The notes under the pieces were generated by a model. That model was not told where the DNA came from. It made no database searches and worked only from the letters and a program-made list of their open reading frames with translations. 64,000 nucleotides of DNA from an uncultured Chloroflexia bacterium (lineage in GTDB: Bacteria; Chloroflexota; Anaerolineae; CG2-30-64-16): contig CAVZDU010000002.1 of assembly GCA_963774265.1 (NCBI GenBank), positions 256,001 through 320,000 on the forward strand, read 5' to 3'. Within the stretch, counting starts at the first letter, position 1, and every line of letters begins with the position of its first letter. Of the stretch, positions 42,161-54,677 are shown one piece after another. The position numbers and the translations under genes are program-made.

Positions 42161-42362
42161 CCCTTAGCGGCATCGCCGGCGATGCTTACCCCCCGCCTCC
42201 TGCAGCCGATCCAGCGGCGGCCCGTTACCGCGCGCCGCCACTTGCCGCCGTGCCCGTCCTCCCCGATAATCCCATCATCGTCCATTGTCGCCGCTCATCG
42301 CCACCGGAGTCCCACCGCCCATGCAGCAGACCGAACTCGCCGCCCGCGACTATCGCGTCCTC

Positions 42363-42776
42363 TCAGCCTTCGCCGCCGGCCGCAGCCTGAACCCGATCGC
42401 GGCGGACGCCGGTCCGGGCTGGCATTCCCCGGCGCCGGGCGTTCGAGTCGCCGGACGGGCCGCGCTGCCAGACCGGCCGATCAAACGTGCCGAGAACCAC
42501 ATAAACGTTGCCGGCGACTTGAGGCGCGTGGTTTGCGAAGAATATGGTTAGCTGATCTTCCAACTCGTCTCGATGGACGATCAGCAGATCGCATCCGGTG
42601 CAATAACGGCAGGTCCTGTTCAGGACCAACGGATTCATGGGGTCAACGTGAACTATAAGCGGCACCTTGCGCACGCGTCGTACGGCGCGACAGCGCGGGC
42701 ATACTGTGAACCGGACATCCTGATATGGATTGACAAAGAAACTGTAGCGGGCTGGCTGCTTGCCGAGCTGTGTCAT
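42363..42776 (-). CDS. Hypothetical Cys4 (zinc-ribbon-like) protein
   Basis: GGAG RBS; CPRC...CRYCTGC; C-terminus may be degenerate. Confidence 0.65.
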   Translation of the reverse strand: MTQLGKQPARYSFFVNPYQDVRFTVCPRCRAVRRVRKVPLIVHVDPMNPLVLNRTCRYCTGCDLLIVHRDELEDQLTIFFANHAPQVAGNVYVVLGTFDRPVWQRGPSGDSNARRRGMPARTGVRRDRVQAAAGGEG

Positions 42777-42830
42777 GGCTGTACTCCGTCGTGATGAACG
42801 ATTACCAAGGCGCACCCTCCCGGACGGCCA

Positions 42831-43295
42831 CTAAAACGTTGACGCCACCGCCAAATGGAACCCGCCTGCCGTCTCCGTAATTTCGAAGTTGATGATCCGC
42901 CTGGTGTTGTCTGCAAACAGGGCCTGTTTGCGCGCGACCAGCGCGTTCACGATCTCCTTGGCGTCCGCTCTCACCGGTCCCGCGTCTGCCGGAACGCTTG
43001 CGTTCACGATCCCATCAATCATCTGCTCTCGCTCGCCAGGTGGTAGCAAGGCCGCGTTCCAGGCGAGCGCCGCCAGTGTGAACAGCGTGCGGTGGTCGGC
43101 TGCTGTCTCAGCCAATTCAAGATACGGGTCCACAAACTGCTCCAGGACATCGGACATCTTGACCTGACCTTTGGGTTCGATGACGAACTGCGTCGCTTGC
43201 AACGGCCCCTGAGCCACCTTGTGCTTGAGACGCTCCATCCCCAACTGGCGCTGTTTCTGTTTGCTCTTGTGCCGCTTGGATTTCGAATTCGCCAT
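42831..43295 (-). CDS. Hypothetical protein
   Basis: GAGGAG RBS; KMSDVL..F..PY, LAALAWNAALL, RK..LF. Confidence 0.75.
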   Translation of the reverse strand: MANSKSKRHKSKQKQRQLGMERLKHKVAQGPLQATQFVIEPKGQVKMSDVLEQFVDPYLELAETAADHRTLFTLAALAWNAALLPPGEREQMIDGIVNASVPADAGPVRADAKEIVNALVARKQALFADNTRRIINFEITETAGGFHLAVASTF

Positions 43296-43382
43296 TCGCT
43301 CTCCTCCTCGCAGATTGTCGCTCATCAAAACAATTGAGGCCATTTTACCACGCATCGGCAGACTAATGATCTGCTCGGGGTC

Positions 43383-45989
43383 AGCGTGACCGATTGGGGA
43401 CATCAGTCACCTCGGCCGTTTGCATGGGCCAGACAATGCTAAAGCCAGCGCATAGGGTGGTCATGGGCAAGTTGGCGACGTCATAGCCGGCCAGCTGCAG
43501 CGGCGACTTGCCGCGGATGCGGGGCTGGGCGTCTTGCGAGAAGGGGGTGAAGCGGTAGATCTTCTCGAAGACGGCCAGGTAGCGTTGCGCATCGGTGAGC
43601 GACTCGAAGCCGCAGAAGTTTTGGTAGTGTTGGTCGAAGCGGCGAATCACCAGTTCCACGGTATTGTTGGTGGCCGGGATCAGGCTGGAGTCAATGCTGT
43701 TGGCGAGCTTGGGCCAATGGCGCTCCAAGAAATCGAAGATCGCGGCCGCCTCGGGGCGGGCTTGGACATAGTCTGGGCGTAAGGCGAGCACGGCCGTGTA
43801 GCGTTGGGTAGCCAGGGTCAGGGTTGTGGCGGCGAAGATGGTGTAGATTTGCTGCTTGAGTTGCTCAGCTTCGGGGTGCTGGTCCGCATAGTCCGGGCCA
43901 TAGACCGCCTTGATATGTTTTTGGGCATCTTGCAGCGCATGGAAAAGACACAGGTGATGCACAGCCTGTGGGAAGACCTGGGCAATGACCGGGCCGTAGT
44001 CCTGGCGCAGGTCGGTGACGATCACTTGCGGGTGGTAACCCTTGGCGCGCAACGCCAGCAGGAAGGCCTGGGCGCTGTCGTCATTGTTGTAGGCGTACAT
44101 GGCGATGTGCAAGAGATCATAGGTCCACACGTCCACGGCCAGGTAGACATACATCCAGCGTCGCATCTCGCCCGCCGGCTTGTCGTTCTTGGGTACCAAG
44201 ACGTACTTCTCGTCCACGCCTACCACCCCGCTCGACTTCACCACGCCAAACACGGCCGCCACCGGCAACAAGTCATCACCCCAGGCGCTCACCCAGCGCC
44301 AGGCGGTCAGACTGGCCACGCCGAGCGCGGTACCTGTGCGCCGGTAGGTCGAGTAGCCCCAGGCGTACATCTGGATCGCCAGCAGGTGGACTTCCGTGCG
44401 GTAACGGGAGTAAGGCACCAGCCCGCGCGGCAGGTTGGTAAAGCTGCCCTTGTCACACTGCGGGTTGCGGCAGTAGTACCGATAGACGGCTAGCTCACGC
44501 AACTGGTGGGTCTCGTCGTAGTACTGCTTCAGGCGCGGCGTCGCGCTCTTGCGCCCAACCTGGTCGGAGCCACAAGTAGGGACAGCGCACCTGGCCGTCC
44601 GTGAGCAGCTCCCAGGAGCCGAACAGCGCCTGCTCCACCCGCAGGAGCCAGGGCTAGCGCCTTGCCCGGTGGTGCGGCAGGCACTCCGGCTTCAGCCGTC
44701 AACGCCATCACGTCAGCCAGCGGCAGGCGCACTTCCGCCGGCGCACCGCCTCCGCTTTCCCAACGGGCCAGCAGATCTCGGATCTGCGTCAGCAACTGCC
44801 CCACCAACCACTCGTCACGCAGCCGCAGCGCGCTAGCGCCTCAGCTCATAGCGTTCGTCCAGGGTCTGCCGCAGCCGCTGCCAGCCGCTTTGGACGGCAG
44901 CTTGCGCCACCTGCGCCGCAGTCACGGGCACACCCTGCTGGCGCAGATAGTGGTACACCCGTTCTTGACTCCAGGTCGGGAAGCTGGCGAACACCTCCAC
45001 GATCCGACCAACCAGTTCGACAGTCAGCACTTCCGCACTACACAGGCTCAGCAGATTGGCCCAGTCCCGGCCAACCAGTAGCGCTGCCAGCGACTGATGT
45101 CAGGGTGCGGGACGCCGAACCACGCCGCCAGTTGCATCTCCCGCACGAATGGCGTGCGCCCATCCCGCGTGCGCCGGCCGCCCCGTTGCGGCCCCGGCAC
45201 CATCCAGCAAACCCAAGAACAGGATCAGCAAGCGCATCCGGAACGGATGGTCAGCCAGCGACGGCCAGCGTAAAGTGCCCGCACAGCGTGGCCTGGTAGC
45301 TGCCATCCGCCTGGCGCTCGACCTGTACCCAGGGCTCTTCCCGCTCACAGACCACGCAGCCCACCCCCAGACCCCACGCCGTCCTGGCGCCCAGCAGGCT
45401 GGACCACTGCCAGCCCAACAGCAGATACCCGACCAGTAACAGCCGCTGGGCCTGCCACAGCCCCAGTCTGCACACCCCGCCAGAGCGCCCGGGTGCGCCA
45501 ACTCGGCCAGCCAACGCCCAAACCCTGCCATAGCCACAAACACCCACGGCAGCAGCCGCAGCCCAGCGCGGCCCCCAGCGCCCACTCCACTCCCATAAGC
45601 CCCATAACAACAGGCTGCGCAGCAGCACAGGCGGCCAACTCGCCAGCAGATAGCGCCCCAGCGCAGCCAAGTCGCACCCCACCCCGGCGCCGCGGCGACC
45701 CACCGCCGCTCGCCCGGTGGCACGGCCCGCACCTGCCCCGCCGCCACGGCCGGCGGCACCACCCACCACCCCGCCACCTCGCCCGGCGTTTGCCCCAGCA
45801 GCACCAGCCCGAGCAGGCTCAGCACCGCCAAGCCATGCAACACGACCCACGCCGGTTGATAAACCCAGTGCCTTGTGGTACCTTGCATCGGAGCCAACCT
45901 TTCCGGTGGTTCTGTTTTCTGCAAGGTACAGTATGTACCATGTATCGGCGGGTTGGCTTAACCTTCTCTTGTCCCCAGCGTGTTACGCT
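43383..45989 (-). mobile_element. Large IS with IS256/ISH6-like (DDE, CxxH) transposase; multiply frameshifted
   Basis: Imperfect IRs AGCGTGACCGATTGGGGACA / TGTCCCCAGCGTGTTACGCT; flanking direct repeat CTCGG(G)GTC; catalytic part GVDEK, IVTD, CLFH, TNNTVE at 43381-44502. Confidence 0.82.
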
Positions 45990-46115
45990 CTCGGGTCTGA
46001 ATCGCCAGCCACATGCGCCATGCACCGGATCGCTTCCACCTTTCGCGCAACCTCCCCGTCCCTCGTTCGTACTAGAAGTAGTACATTCTCCACCCAGAAA
46101 CACGGAGGACATCTC

Positions 46116-46817
46116 ATGATCATCGAGGCGCACGGAGTACACAAAACATATCGCAGCGGCAGGTTGGAAGTGCACGCGCTGCGAGGGGTCGACTTCGGCG
46201 TCGAACCGGGCGAGATGGTCGCCGTGATGGGGCCGTCGGGCTGCGGCAAGACCACCCTGCTCAACTGCCTGTCGGGGCTCGACGAGTTCGACAGCGGCGA
46301 GGTGCATATCGAGGGCGCGGACCTGCGCCAGATGAACGACCGGCGCCGCACCGACTACCGCGGCCGGCGCATGGGCTTCATCTTCCAGACCTTCAACCTG
46401 TTGCCGGTTCTCACCGCGGTGGAGAACGTCGAGCTGCCGCTCCTGGTCAGCGGCGTGCGGGCCGCCGAAGCGCGGCGCCGCGCCGTGGCAGCGCTCGAAG
46501 GCGTGGGCCTGGGCGAACGGATCCACCACCGGCCGGCCGAGCTCTCGGGCGGACAGCGCCAGCGCGTCTCCATCGCCCGCGCGCTCGTCAACGGTCCCGC
46601 TATCGTCTGGGCGGATGAGCCGACGGGCAACCTCGACAGCAAGACGACCACCGACGTGATGAGTCTCATCCAGCAGCTCAATACCGAGCAGCAGCAGACT
46701 TTCGTGATCGTCACCCACGATGCCGACATCGGCGCGCTGTGCAACCGTATCGTGCGCATGAACGACGGCGAGATCATCGACCAGGGTCTAAAGCCGCCGC
46801 CGGAGGAGACCACATGA
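46116..46817 (+). CDS. ABC transporter ATP-binding protein (LolD/MacB type)
   Basis: [30 protein letters not shown]; GGAGG RBS. Confidence 0.95.
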   Translation: MIIEAHGVHKTYRSGRLEVHALRGVDFGVEPGEMVAVMGPSGCGKTTLLNCLSGLDEFDSGEVHIEGADLRQMNDRRRTDYRGRRMGFIFQTFNLLPVLTAVENVELPLLVSGVRAAEARRRAVAALEGVGLGERIHHRPAELSGGQRQRVSIARALVNGPAIVWADEPTGNLDSKTTTDVMSLIQQLNTEQQQTFVIVTHDADIGALCNRIVRMNDGEIIDQGLKPPPEETT

Positions 46818-49800
46818 ACGCACCACAAGCTATTCCTACCAACGTGATGGTCGCCCTGGGCCTGCTGATCGCCGTGGTCGCGATCTTGCTCTTCCTCTTC
46901 CTCGCCGGGCTCCGGCAGCCAGTCATGGCGAAGCTGGGGATGCGCAGCATTCCCCGGCGTCCCACCCAGTCCATCCTCATCGTGTTCGGACTCACCCTGA
47001 GCACCATCATCATCGTCAGTGCGCTCGCCATTGGCGACACCCTCAACAACTCCGTCCAGTGGCATGCGATCAAATCGTACGGCAAGATCGACGAGATCGT
47101 CGCGCCGCCGCTGCTTGCTACCTTCGCGCAGTTGGCCGGCGGCGAAGACAGCACGTTCGGCAGCCAGGAAACTGGCGAGCCGGCCAGCGCGGCCGGGGCT
47201 CTGGCTGCGCAACTGGGGCAGGAGAATGCCGGGCTTGCCAACGTGCTGCGACTCCTCGACCAGGGCCTGCCGGGCATCGACTACGCGGCCTATGAACAAC
47301 TGCGCGACCGGGTGCAGCAGGAACCCCTGGCCGACGGCGTCGCGGCGTCGATCGTGTTCCCCACGATCATCCGCAACACGACGACGGGCCAGGGCGAGCC
47401 GCTCGGCTTCATCATGGCAGTGGACGACGAGTACACCCGTGGCTTCGGGCTGCACTCTGTCGACGGCCAGACGGTGACGATGGAACGCCTGCGACCGGGC
47501 GTGGGCAACATCTTCGTGCTCGCCGGCCGGGTGTTTGGCTGGGCCGGCCAGGCCGGCAGCCAGTTGGGTTTCGGCGACCTGAAGCTGTCCGATGTGGCGA
47601 CCGCTCTCACCGGTGCCGGGACGTCGCTGTCTGGCTCGGACGGCGCCAGCCAGCCGGGCACCACCGCTCGGTCACGAGCCGCGCCTCACCGGCACCTTCT
47701 CCCTGGCCAACCTGAATCTGGGCACGCTCAGTGGCGAGATCGACCGGGTGTTGGGCCAGGCCGGGCTGCAGCTGCGGGAGGGTGAGGTGTACCTGAGTCG
47801 GCTCGGCGCCGAACGGCTGGACGCGCGGCCCGGCGACCGCCTCGAGGTCTTCCTCGGCCCGATAGCGCTCCCCTACCGCGTCGTCGGCATCGTTGACGAG
47901 GCCGGTCCGCTTTCCGCACTCGCACCCGTCGTGATGATGCGGCTCGACGAGGCGCAGCAGTTGCTCTTCATGCAGGGGCGCATCAACAACGTCCTGGTGT
48001 CCAACCTCGGCGACGCGACGGGCGGCTTGCAGCACTACTGCAGCCATGACGGAGCGGCTGCGCGTCCTGGCCCTCGACGACGAGGTTGTCGAGCAAATCG
48101 CGGGTTATCTGCGCGCTCCCGAGGTCCGTCCGATCCTCGAAGACGCGATTGCGAAACGGGCTGCGCCCGGGGGGACTGCCGGGACGACGCAGGTCGTCAT
48201 GCCCACGAGTGGCCTTGCCGGTGCGCTGTTCGGCTCGCTGATCCCGCAGGACCGATTCCCCCAACACCTGGCTGACTTGCAAGCCGGTCTGGACGAGGCC
48301 GACAGCGGCAGGGTCAGGGAGGCGCTGGCCGACGCCGGGGTGCGCGGCTGGCTGCGCGAATTGCCCATGCCGGAAGCGGAGCGCGTGCAATGGCAAGGGT
48401 GGCTGGATACAGTAAGCCCGATGGAGGTGCTCGAGGTGTTGAACAAGGCCACGGTGGTCTCGGTTTCGGACGTGGCCGGCACGGTCTTCTCCTCGATCTT
48501 CACAATCTTCGGCATCTTCTCCATCCTGGCCGGCGTGCTGCTGATCTTCCTGATCTTCGTCATGCTGGCCGCCGAGCGGCGTTCCGAACTGGGGGTGGCA
48601 CGGGCCATCGGCGTGCAGCGCCGGCATCTGGTGCAGACCTTTGTCACCGAAGGAATGCTCTACGACGTGGTGGCCGCGGCTCTGGGCCTGGCGCTGGGCC
48701 TGTTGGTGTCCTTCGGCATGGTGGGCTTCGTCGGCGGGCTGTTCAACACCGTCAGCGGGACGGTGACGGGCCGGCCGGCCAACATCTTCGAATTTCGCTT
48801 CAACGTCGCGACCACGTCGCTCGTCATCGGCTACTGTCTGGGCGTGCTGTTCACCTTCCTCGTTGTGGTGATCTCTTCGTGGCGGGTCAGCCGCCTTAAC
48901 ATCGTGACAGCCATCCGAGACCTGCCCGACGAGGCGCAGGCGCGCACCTTGGGCAGCGGCACGCGGGTATGGCGCTGGGCTGCCGGGCTGCTCTGGTTGG
49001 CTGCCGGCGCCCTGCTCTACGTCTCGTCCGGACGGAACGATCGCACGATCGCGCTGCTCTGCGTGACGCTGGCCTTGGCCGGACTGACCACGCTGCTGGC
49101 GCGCGTCCTCGAACGGACGAGCGTGCGGCCGGAGCGCGTCACCTGGGCGCGGTACACGCTGCTGGGGCTCGGGCTGATTGTGACCTGGGGAGTCCCGTGG
49201 AGCGACTTGTTGGGGCTGCCTTCGGGGGCTTCGCTGCTGGAGGCCAACCCGACCTATCTCCTCTCGTTCGTGTTGCGCCCCGCTTTCCTCATCCTGGGGA
49301 TGATCATGACGATCATATTCAATGCCGATGCGATCGCCTGGGTCGCGACCCGGCTCTTCGGCGGCGTCGGCTGGCTGGCACCGGTGCTCCGCACCGCGAT
49401 CGCCTACCCCCTCAGCACCCGCTTCCGCACGGGCATGGCAATGGTGATGTTCGCGATGATCGTCTGCACCGTCACCGTCATGGCCGTCGTGATCGAGGCG
49501 ACCCAGTCGCTGATCGTGCTCGACGAGAAGCAGAGCGCGGGCTTCCAGATCCAGACCAAATCTACCCTGCTCAGCTTCTTCGACCCGATCACGGACTTGC
49601 AGGACCGGATCGCGGCCCAGCGCCAGGCGCATCCGCTGCTGGAGCAGATCAGCGCGGTGGGCGGCGTGGCTACTCAGAATGTCGAGGCGCGCACGCCGGG
49701 CGCCGCCACATGGGGCCAGGCATCGCTCTCCGGGATCGACGCGGGCTATGTGGCACAGGCCCAAAAGGTCTATGCGCTGCAGGCGCGCGCGGCTGAGTAC

Positions 49801-50702
49801 GCAGACGACGCAGCCATTTGGGCGGCGCTGGCCACGCGGGACGATGTAGCGATCATCACGCCCGAGCTGCTGACCCGTCGACAGCCCGGGGTAGTCCAGA
49901 GTGAGGTGAGCACGGGCGGCGCGGCGCCTTCGAATGACCTGTCCGCTGATCCCGGCGCGCTATGCGCCCGGGCCAATCGTGATCCAGGAAGGCAGGCTGC
50001 CAGAAACGTACGTCGAGATACGGTCGAGCGCCGCCGTCAGCACGACCCACCGATTACAGATCATCGGAGTGCTCGCCGAGAACAGCACCCTGCGCGGGCG
50101 CAAATATGCAAGTCCCCCTCGCTGCGCTGCGGCGGATCGGAGGCAAGGAGGTCGCGCCGCAGAGCTTCTACCTGCGGGTGGCGCCGGCCGCCGACGTGCA
50201 CGCAGTCAGCCAGGAGGTCGAGCGGACCTTCCTGGGCAGCGGCCTGGACGCGACGGTGATGACGGAGAGCTTCGCGCAGGGGCAGACGGTCATGCGCGGC
50301 ATCCTGCGGCTGTTCCAGGGCTTCATGGCGTTGGGGCTGCTGGTCGGCATTGCAGCGCTCGGGGTGATCGCCAGCCGCACAGTCGTGGAGCGTCGGCAGC
50401 AGGTGGGCGTGCTGCGCGCACTGGGCTTCCACCCCGGCATGGTGGCGTTGTGCTTCCTGCTGGAGAGCAGCTTCATCGCGTTAACCGGCATCCTGATCGG
50501 GGTCATCGCCGGACTGCTGCTGGGCAAAGACATGATACGCACCCTCTTCGCACAGCTCACACCCGAGACGGCCGTGACGGTGCCGTGGGGCCAGCTGGGA
50601 GTGATCCTGCTCCTGGCTTACGGCTTCTCGCTGCTGCTGACGCTGATACCCTCGCTCCAGGCGTCAAGGATCTTCCCCGCAGAGGCGCTGCGGTATGAAT
50701 AG
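46814..50702 (+). CDS. Large FtsX/MacB-type ABC permease; about four apparent frameshifts
   Basis: Consecutive fragments: [44 protein letters not shown]. Confidence 0.82.
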
Positions 50703-51153
50703 TGCCCGCGCATGGAGAGGAGCGCGGAAGATGGGGTGAAGTCGCAAAACGACAGCCGTGGAGCCAACCGCGTGAACAACGCCTGCAACCTGAAGCACTA
50801 CGGCTTCTTCGCGCCTCGCCACGGGCGCTTGTTCGGTTGGCTGCATGCTCGGCCTCGGTAGTGGGCCATCGCGCTGGTTAATGTTGGCGGGCATTGCGAC
50901 AGGCCTCGGGCTGAAGCTGTGGCAGGTGCACGGGGTGCTGTACGAGAGGGGAGTGCTGCGCGTGCTCGATTGCAGCTCCGTTTTGGGGGCTGGTGGTGCT
51001 GTCGGTAGCTGCGAATTTGTTTGACAATCTCCAGCCTCAGACATATACTCAATCCTGGTCGGCCAGCATCGATGTCACATGGCAGGCCCACCCTCCGACC
51101 GCACATTCTCGACCGGCGAGCACGTCCGGTTCCCCAGTAACGGAGGTACCCCC

Positions 51154-51525
51154 ATGAAACTGTCGTCTTTTTTGCCCGTGAAAGCCATCATCTCTGTTGT
51201 TAGTGGGCTTGCACTGCTGCTTGTCCCTGGCGCGTTCATGGGCCTGGCTGGTGTCACACTCGATGTGAGCGGCGTCACCATGGCTCGCATGTTGGGCGCG
51301 ATGCTTGTAGGGATCGCCGTCATCTGCTGGAGTGCCAGGAACGCAGACCCTGGCGTGGGGCGCGAAGCTCTCGTGCTCGGCCTTTTTGTGGCCGACACCC
51401 TGGGGTTCGTGGTCATACTGCTTGCCCAGCTCTCAGGACTCATGACCGCGTTCGGCTGGGTGTTTGTGCTGCTGTGGCTTTTCGTGGCAGCAGGGCTCGG
51501 CTACTTCCGCTTCGTGGCCAAGTAG
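51154..51525 (+). CDS. Small 4-TM membrane protein
   Basis: GGAGG RBS; four hydrophobic segments. Confidence 0.75.
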   Translation: MKLSSFLPVKAIISVVSGLALLLVPGAFMGLAGVTLDVSGVTMARMLGAMLVGIAVICWSARNADPGVGREALVLGLFVADTLGFVVILLAQLSGLMTAFGWVFVLLWLFVAAGLGYFRFVAK

Positions 51526-51993
51526 CGCCTACAGACCAGTCAGCGGAGGGCCGGCGCGTTGGTCAGACCGCCGTTCGGATTTGGCGCGCGGCGGTCTGGC
51601 TGGGCTGATTGCGACGTCTTGCCGGGTCCCGGGCATCTGATCGAGCAGCTCTGGGATACTGGCTGGGTTTCCTCTTCCTTCTTCGATGCTCCGGTCTGGC
51701 ATGGCTGGCTGTAGCGCGACATGATCATGGTTGTGGATCCGCCCTGGAACCTCCACTGCTGATTGTCTCCCCCAATGCGTTCTTGCTGGTAAGCCGGGCT
51801 CAACAGCTGCGTGCTGTTGACCTCCTGGCGACCGTTTTGTACGATTCGCCCGCCGATTACGCGATACTTGCGCTCATTAACACCATCCGGCGCGGCTGGG
51901 TTTCCGGCCGGACAGCGTTGTGCTAGAATCTCCGAGGAACCGACGCGTCTGGCGATCGACGAACGGCGCGTCATCACACTCCCGGAGGAAGCC

Positions 51994-52677
51994 ATGGATT
52001 ACACCTACGCCGACATCGCGAAAATGATCGACCACTCCCTACTGCGACCGTTCTACAACGACGAAGAGCTGGAAGCCGGCTGCCGGCTCGCGCTGGACTA
52101 CGACGTGGCCACCGTATGCATCAAACCGTACTACCTGAGGCGGGCGGCGGCCATGCTGGCCGGGAGCAGTGTTAAGGCTACCACCACCATCGGCTTCCCG
52201 CACGGAGGACATACCACAACCATTAAAGTCGCCGAAACCGAGCAGGCGCTGGCCGACGGCGCCCAGGAAGTCGATATGGTCATCAACATCGGCAAGGCGC
52301 TCAGCCGCGATTGGGACTTCGTCCGCGAGGACATCACCGCAGTGGCGCGCGTGGCCCACGCGGGGGGCGCCCTGGTCAAGGTCATCTTCGAGAACTGCTA
52401 CTTGCAGGACGAGCACCGGATCCGGTTGTGCGAGATTTGCGGCGAGGTGGGGGTCGATTGGGTCAAGACCTCCACCGGATACGGGACCGGCGGCGCGCTG
52501 ATGGACGATCTGCGCCTGATGCGAAAGCACGCACCCGCGCACGTGCAGGTCAAGGCCGCAGGCGGGGTCAGTACGTTGGACATCGCCCTGGAAGTGCGCG
52601 CCATCGGCTGCACGCGCTTCGGCACGCTTCAGACGGTGGAAATCCTGGAGGAATGCAAACGCCGACTGACCGTGTAG
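51994..52677 (+). CDS. deoC: Deoxyribose-phosphate aldolase
   Basis: IDHSLL, IGFPHG, EVDMVINIG, KVIFE, VKTSTG, VKAAGG. Confidence 0.95.
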   Translation: MDYTYADIAKMIDHSLLRPFYNDEELEAGCRLALDYDVATVCIKPYYLRRAAAMLAGSSVKATTTIGFPHGGHTTTIKVAETEQALADGAQEVDMVINIGKALSRDWDFVREDITAVARVAHAGGALVKVIFENCYLQDEHRIRLCEICGEVGVDWVKTSTGYGTGGALMDDLRLMRKHAPAHVQVKAAGGVSTLDIALEVRAIGCTRFGTLQTVEILEECKRRLTV

Positions 52678-52787
52678 CGGTTGGACAAGGGACGGACGAC
52701 GCAGAAAAAACGGGACTTGGCGTCAGGGATGGGCCTGTAGCCGGACAAGTCGTTTAGATGTGACGCAATATACCTGCAGGAGGCATC

Positions 52788-53870
52788 ATGCGAGAGTACC
52801 AGGTGGCCCTGATCCCAGGAGACGGCATCGGCCACGAGGTTTGCCCAGAGGGCGTTAGGGTCATCACCGCGGTCGGAGAGTTGCTCGGGAACTTCCGGAT
52901 AACCTACGAGACGTTTCCCTGGGGATGCGAGTACTATTTGAGGCACGGCGAGATGATGGGGAAGGATGCGCTGCACATCCTGGAGCCATTTGACGCCATA
53001 TACTTCGGCGCAGTGGGCTTTCCCAGCGTGCCAGATCACATCTCGCTGCACGGGCTCCTGCTGCCGGTGCGCCAGGGCTTCGAACAATACGCCAACGTGC
53101 GCCCCAGCTTGCTGCTGCCAGGGGTGCCCGGCCCGCTTAGAGACAAGAGCCCCGGCGACATCGACTTTGTCGTGGTGCGCGAGAACACGGAAGGAGAATA
53201 CGCGGGTGCGGGCGGGCGAATCCACCGTGGACTGCCGCTGGAGCTGGCCGTCGAGACGTCCATCTTCACTCGCGAAGGGGTGGAGCGGGTCGTGCGATAT
53301 GCGTGCCAGCTCGCGATGGGACGGTCACGAAAACGGCTGGCCAGTGTCACGAAATCCAACGCGCAGCGCCATTCGATGGTCCTCTGGGACGAAGCCTTCG
53401 AGCGCGTGGCCGGGGAATATCCGGAACTGCAAACCGAGCGGGTGTTGGTCGATGCGATGGCCGCACGTTTTGTGCTGAAGCCGGAGACGCTCGACGTGCT
53501 CGTGGCCTCCAACCTGTTTGCGGACATCCTCACTGACCTGGGAAGCGCCATTTGCGGCAGCATGGGGATCGCGCCCAGCGCAAACATCAACCCGGAACGC
53601 AAGTACCCGTCGATGTTCGAGCCGGTGCACGGTTCCGCACCCGACATCGCAGGACGTGGGATCGCCAATCCCATTGCAGCCATCTGGAGTGGGGCGATGA
53701 TGCTGGACTTCCTGGGCGAGGCCCAGGCCGCCGGCCTCGTGATGGAGGCCGTCAAGAAGGTCACAGGCGAGGGCAAGGTGCTGACGCCCGACCTGGGCGG
53801 CCGCGCCCGGACGAGCGAGGTGGGGGATGAGGTGGTCGCCAAGTTGAGGTCGCTGGCGGCTCATCTGTGA
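52788..53870 (+). CDS. Tartrate dehydrogenase / isocitrate-isopropylmalate dehydrogenase family
   Basis: [43 protein letters not shown]. Confidence 0.9.
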   Translation: MREYQVALIPGDGIGHEVCPEGVRVITAVGELLGNFRITYETFPWGCEYYLRHGEMMGKDALHILEPFDAIYFGAVGFPSVPDHISLHGLLLPVRQGFEQYANVRPSLLLPGVPGPLRDKSPGDIDFVVVRENTEGEYAGAGGRIHRGLPLELAVETSIFTREGVERVVRYACQLAMGRSRKRLASVTKSNAQRHSMVLWDEAFERVAGEYPELQTERVLVDAMAARFVLKPETLDVLVASNLFADILTDLGSAICGSMGIAPSANINPERKYPSMFEPVHGSAPDIAGRGIANPIAAIWSGAMMLDFLGEAQAAGLVMEAVKKVTGEGKVLTPDLGGRARTSEVGDEVVAKLRSLAAHL

Positions 53871-53888
53871 TCGCGGGGAAAGCCTACC

Positions 53889-54668
53889 ATGTCCATCACC
53901 TTGCTGTCCTGGAATGTGAACGGCGCACGCGCCGTCTACCGCAACGGCTTCTTGCCCTGGCTGGCCCAGGCTGCGCCGGACATCCTCTGCCTCCAGGAGA
54001 CTCGGGCCGAAGCCAACCAGCTTCCTCCTGAGCTATGTCAGCCCGCCCCATACACCGGCTTCTGGACACATTCGACGCGCAAGAAGGGCCATTCGGGGAC
54101 GGCGATTCTGTCGCGATGGGAGCCATTGGCCGTAGACTACGGGATCGGGAACGCAGAGTTCGACGACGAAGGCCGCACGGTCATCGCGGACTTCGGGCGC
54201 TTCACCTTGATCAACTGCTATTTCCCGAACGGTGGCCGCGACCAGGAACGCGTGCCCTACAAGCTGGCCTTCTATGGTGCGTTCCTCGCGTTCTGTGAGG
54301 GGTTGCGGGCGCAGGGGAAGTCGCTGATTATCTGCGGCGACGTAAACACGTCACACCGCGAAATCGATCTGGCACGACCCAGGCAGAATCTGAAGAGCAC
54401 CGGGTTTCTGCCAGAAGAGCGCGCGTGGCTGGATCAGGTCGTTGACCTCGGTTATGTCGACACATTTCGACGAAGCTACCCCGATCTGGAGGGCGCCTAC
54501 ACGTGGTGGTTGCAGTGGGGCGCGGCGCGCGAGAGGAACATCGGCTGGCGGCTGGATTACTTTTTCGTCACGCCAGAACTGGTACCATATGTCGTCGATG
54601 CTTTTATTCTTCCTGACGTCAAGGGATCCGACCACTGCCCCGTTGGCCTGACGCTCGAGTTTCCGTAA
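53889..54668 (+). CDS. xth: Exodeoxyribonuclease III
   Basis: SWNVNG, CLQET, YFPNG, GDVN, GWRLDY, SDHCP. Confidence 0.95.
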   Translation: MSITLLSWNVNGARAVYRNGFLPWLAQAAPDILCLQETRAEANQLPPELCQPAPYTGFWTHSTRKKGHSGTAILSRWEPLAVDYGIGNAEFDDEGRTVIADFGRFTLINCYFPNGGRDQERVPYKLAFYGAFLAFCEGLRAQGKSLIICGDVNTSHREIDLARPRQNLKSTGFLPEERAWLDQVVDLGYVDTFRRSYPDLEGAYTWWLQWGAARERNIGWRLDYFFVTPELVPYVVDAFILPDVKGSDHCPVGLTLEFP

Positions 54669-54677
54669 GAAGGGGTG

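Larger units (their letters stand above)
22767..51900. mobile_element. Accessory/genomic-island-like mosaic downstream of tRNA-Lys (right boundary uncertain)
   Basis: Starts at the tRNA 3' end; gene fragments, repeats, three IS, AT-richer blocks; no integrase or clear attR seen. Confidence 0.55.

Noticed and set aside
45300-45850. Second T-poor stretch as another adenine-free region
   Set aside because: T still occurs regularly; the skew fits W/G/L/V/A-rich coding inside the IS
50740-50815. AAC-containing stretch as a possible DGR template repeat
   Set aside because: Does not align with the 36911-37045 region and no RT is adjacent
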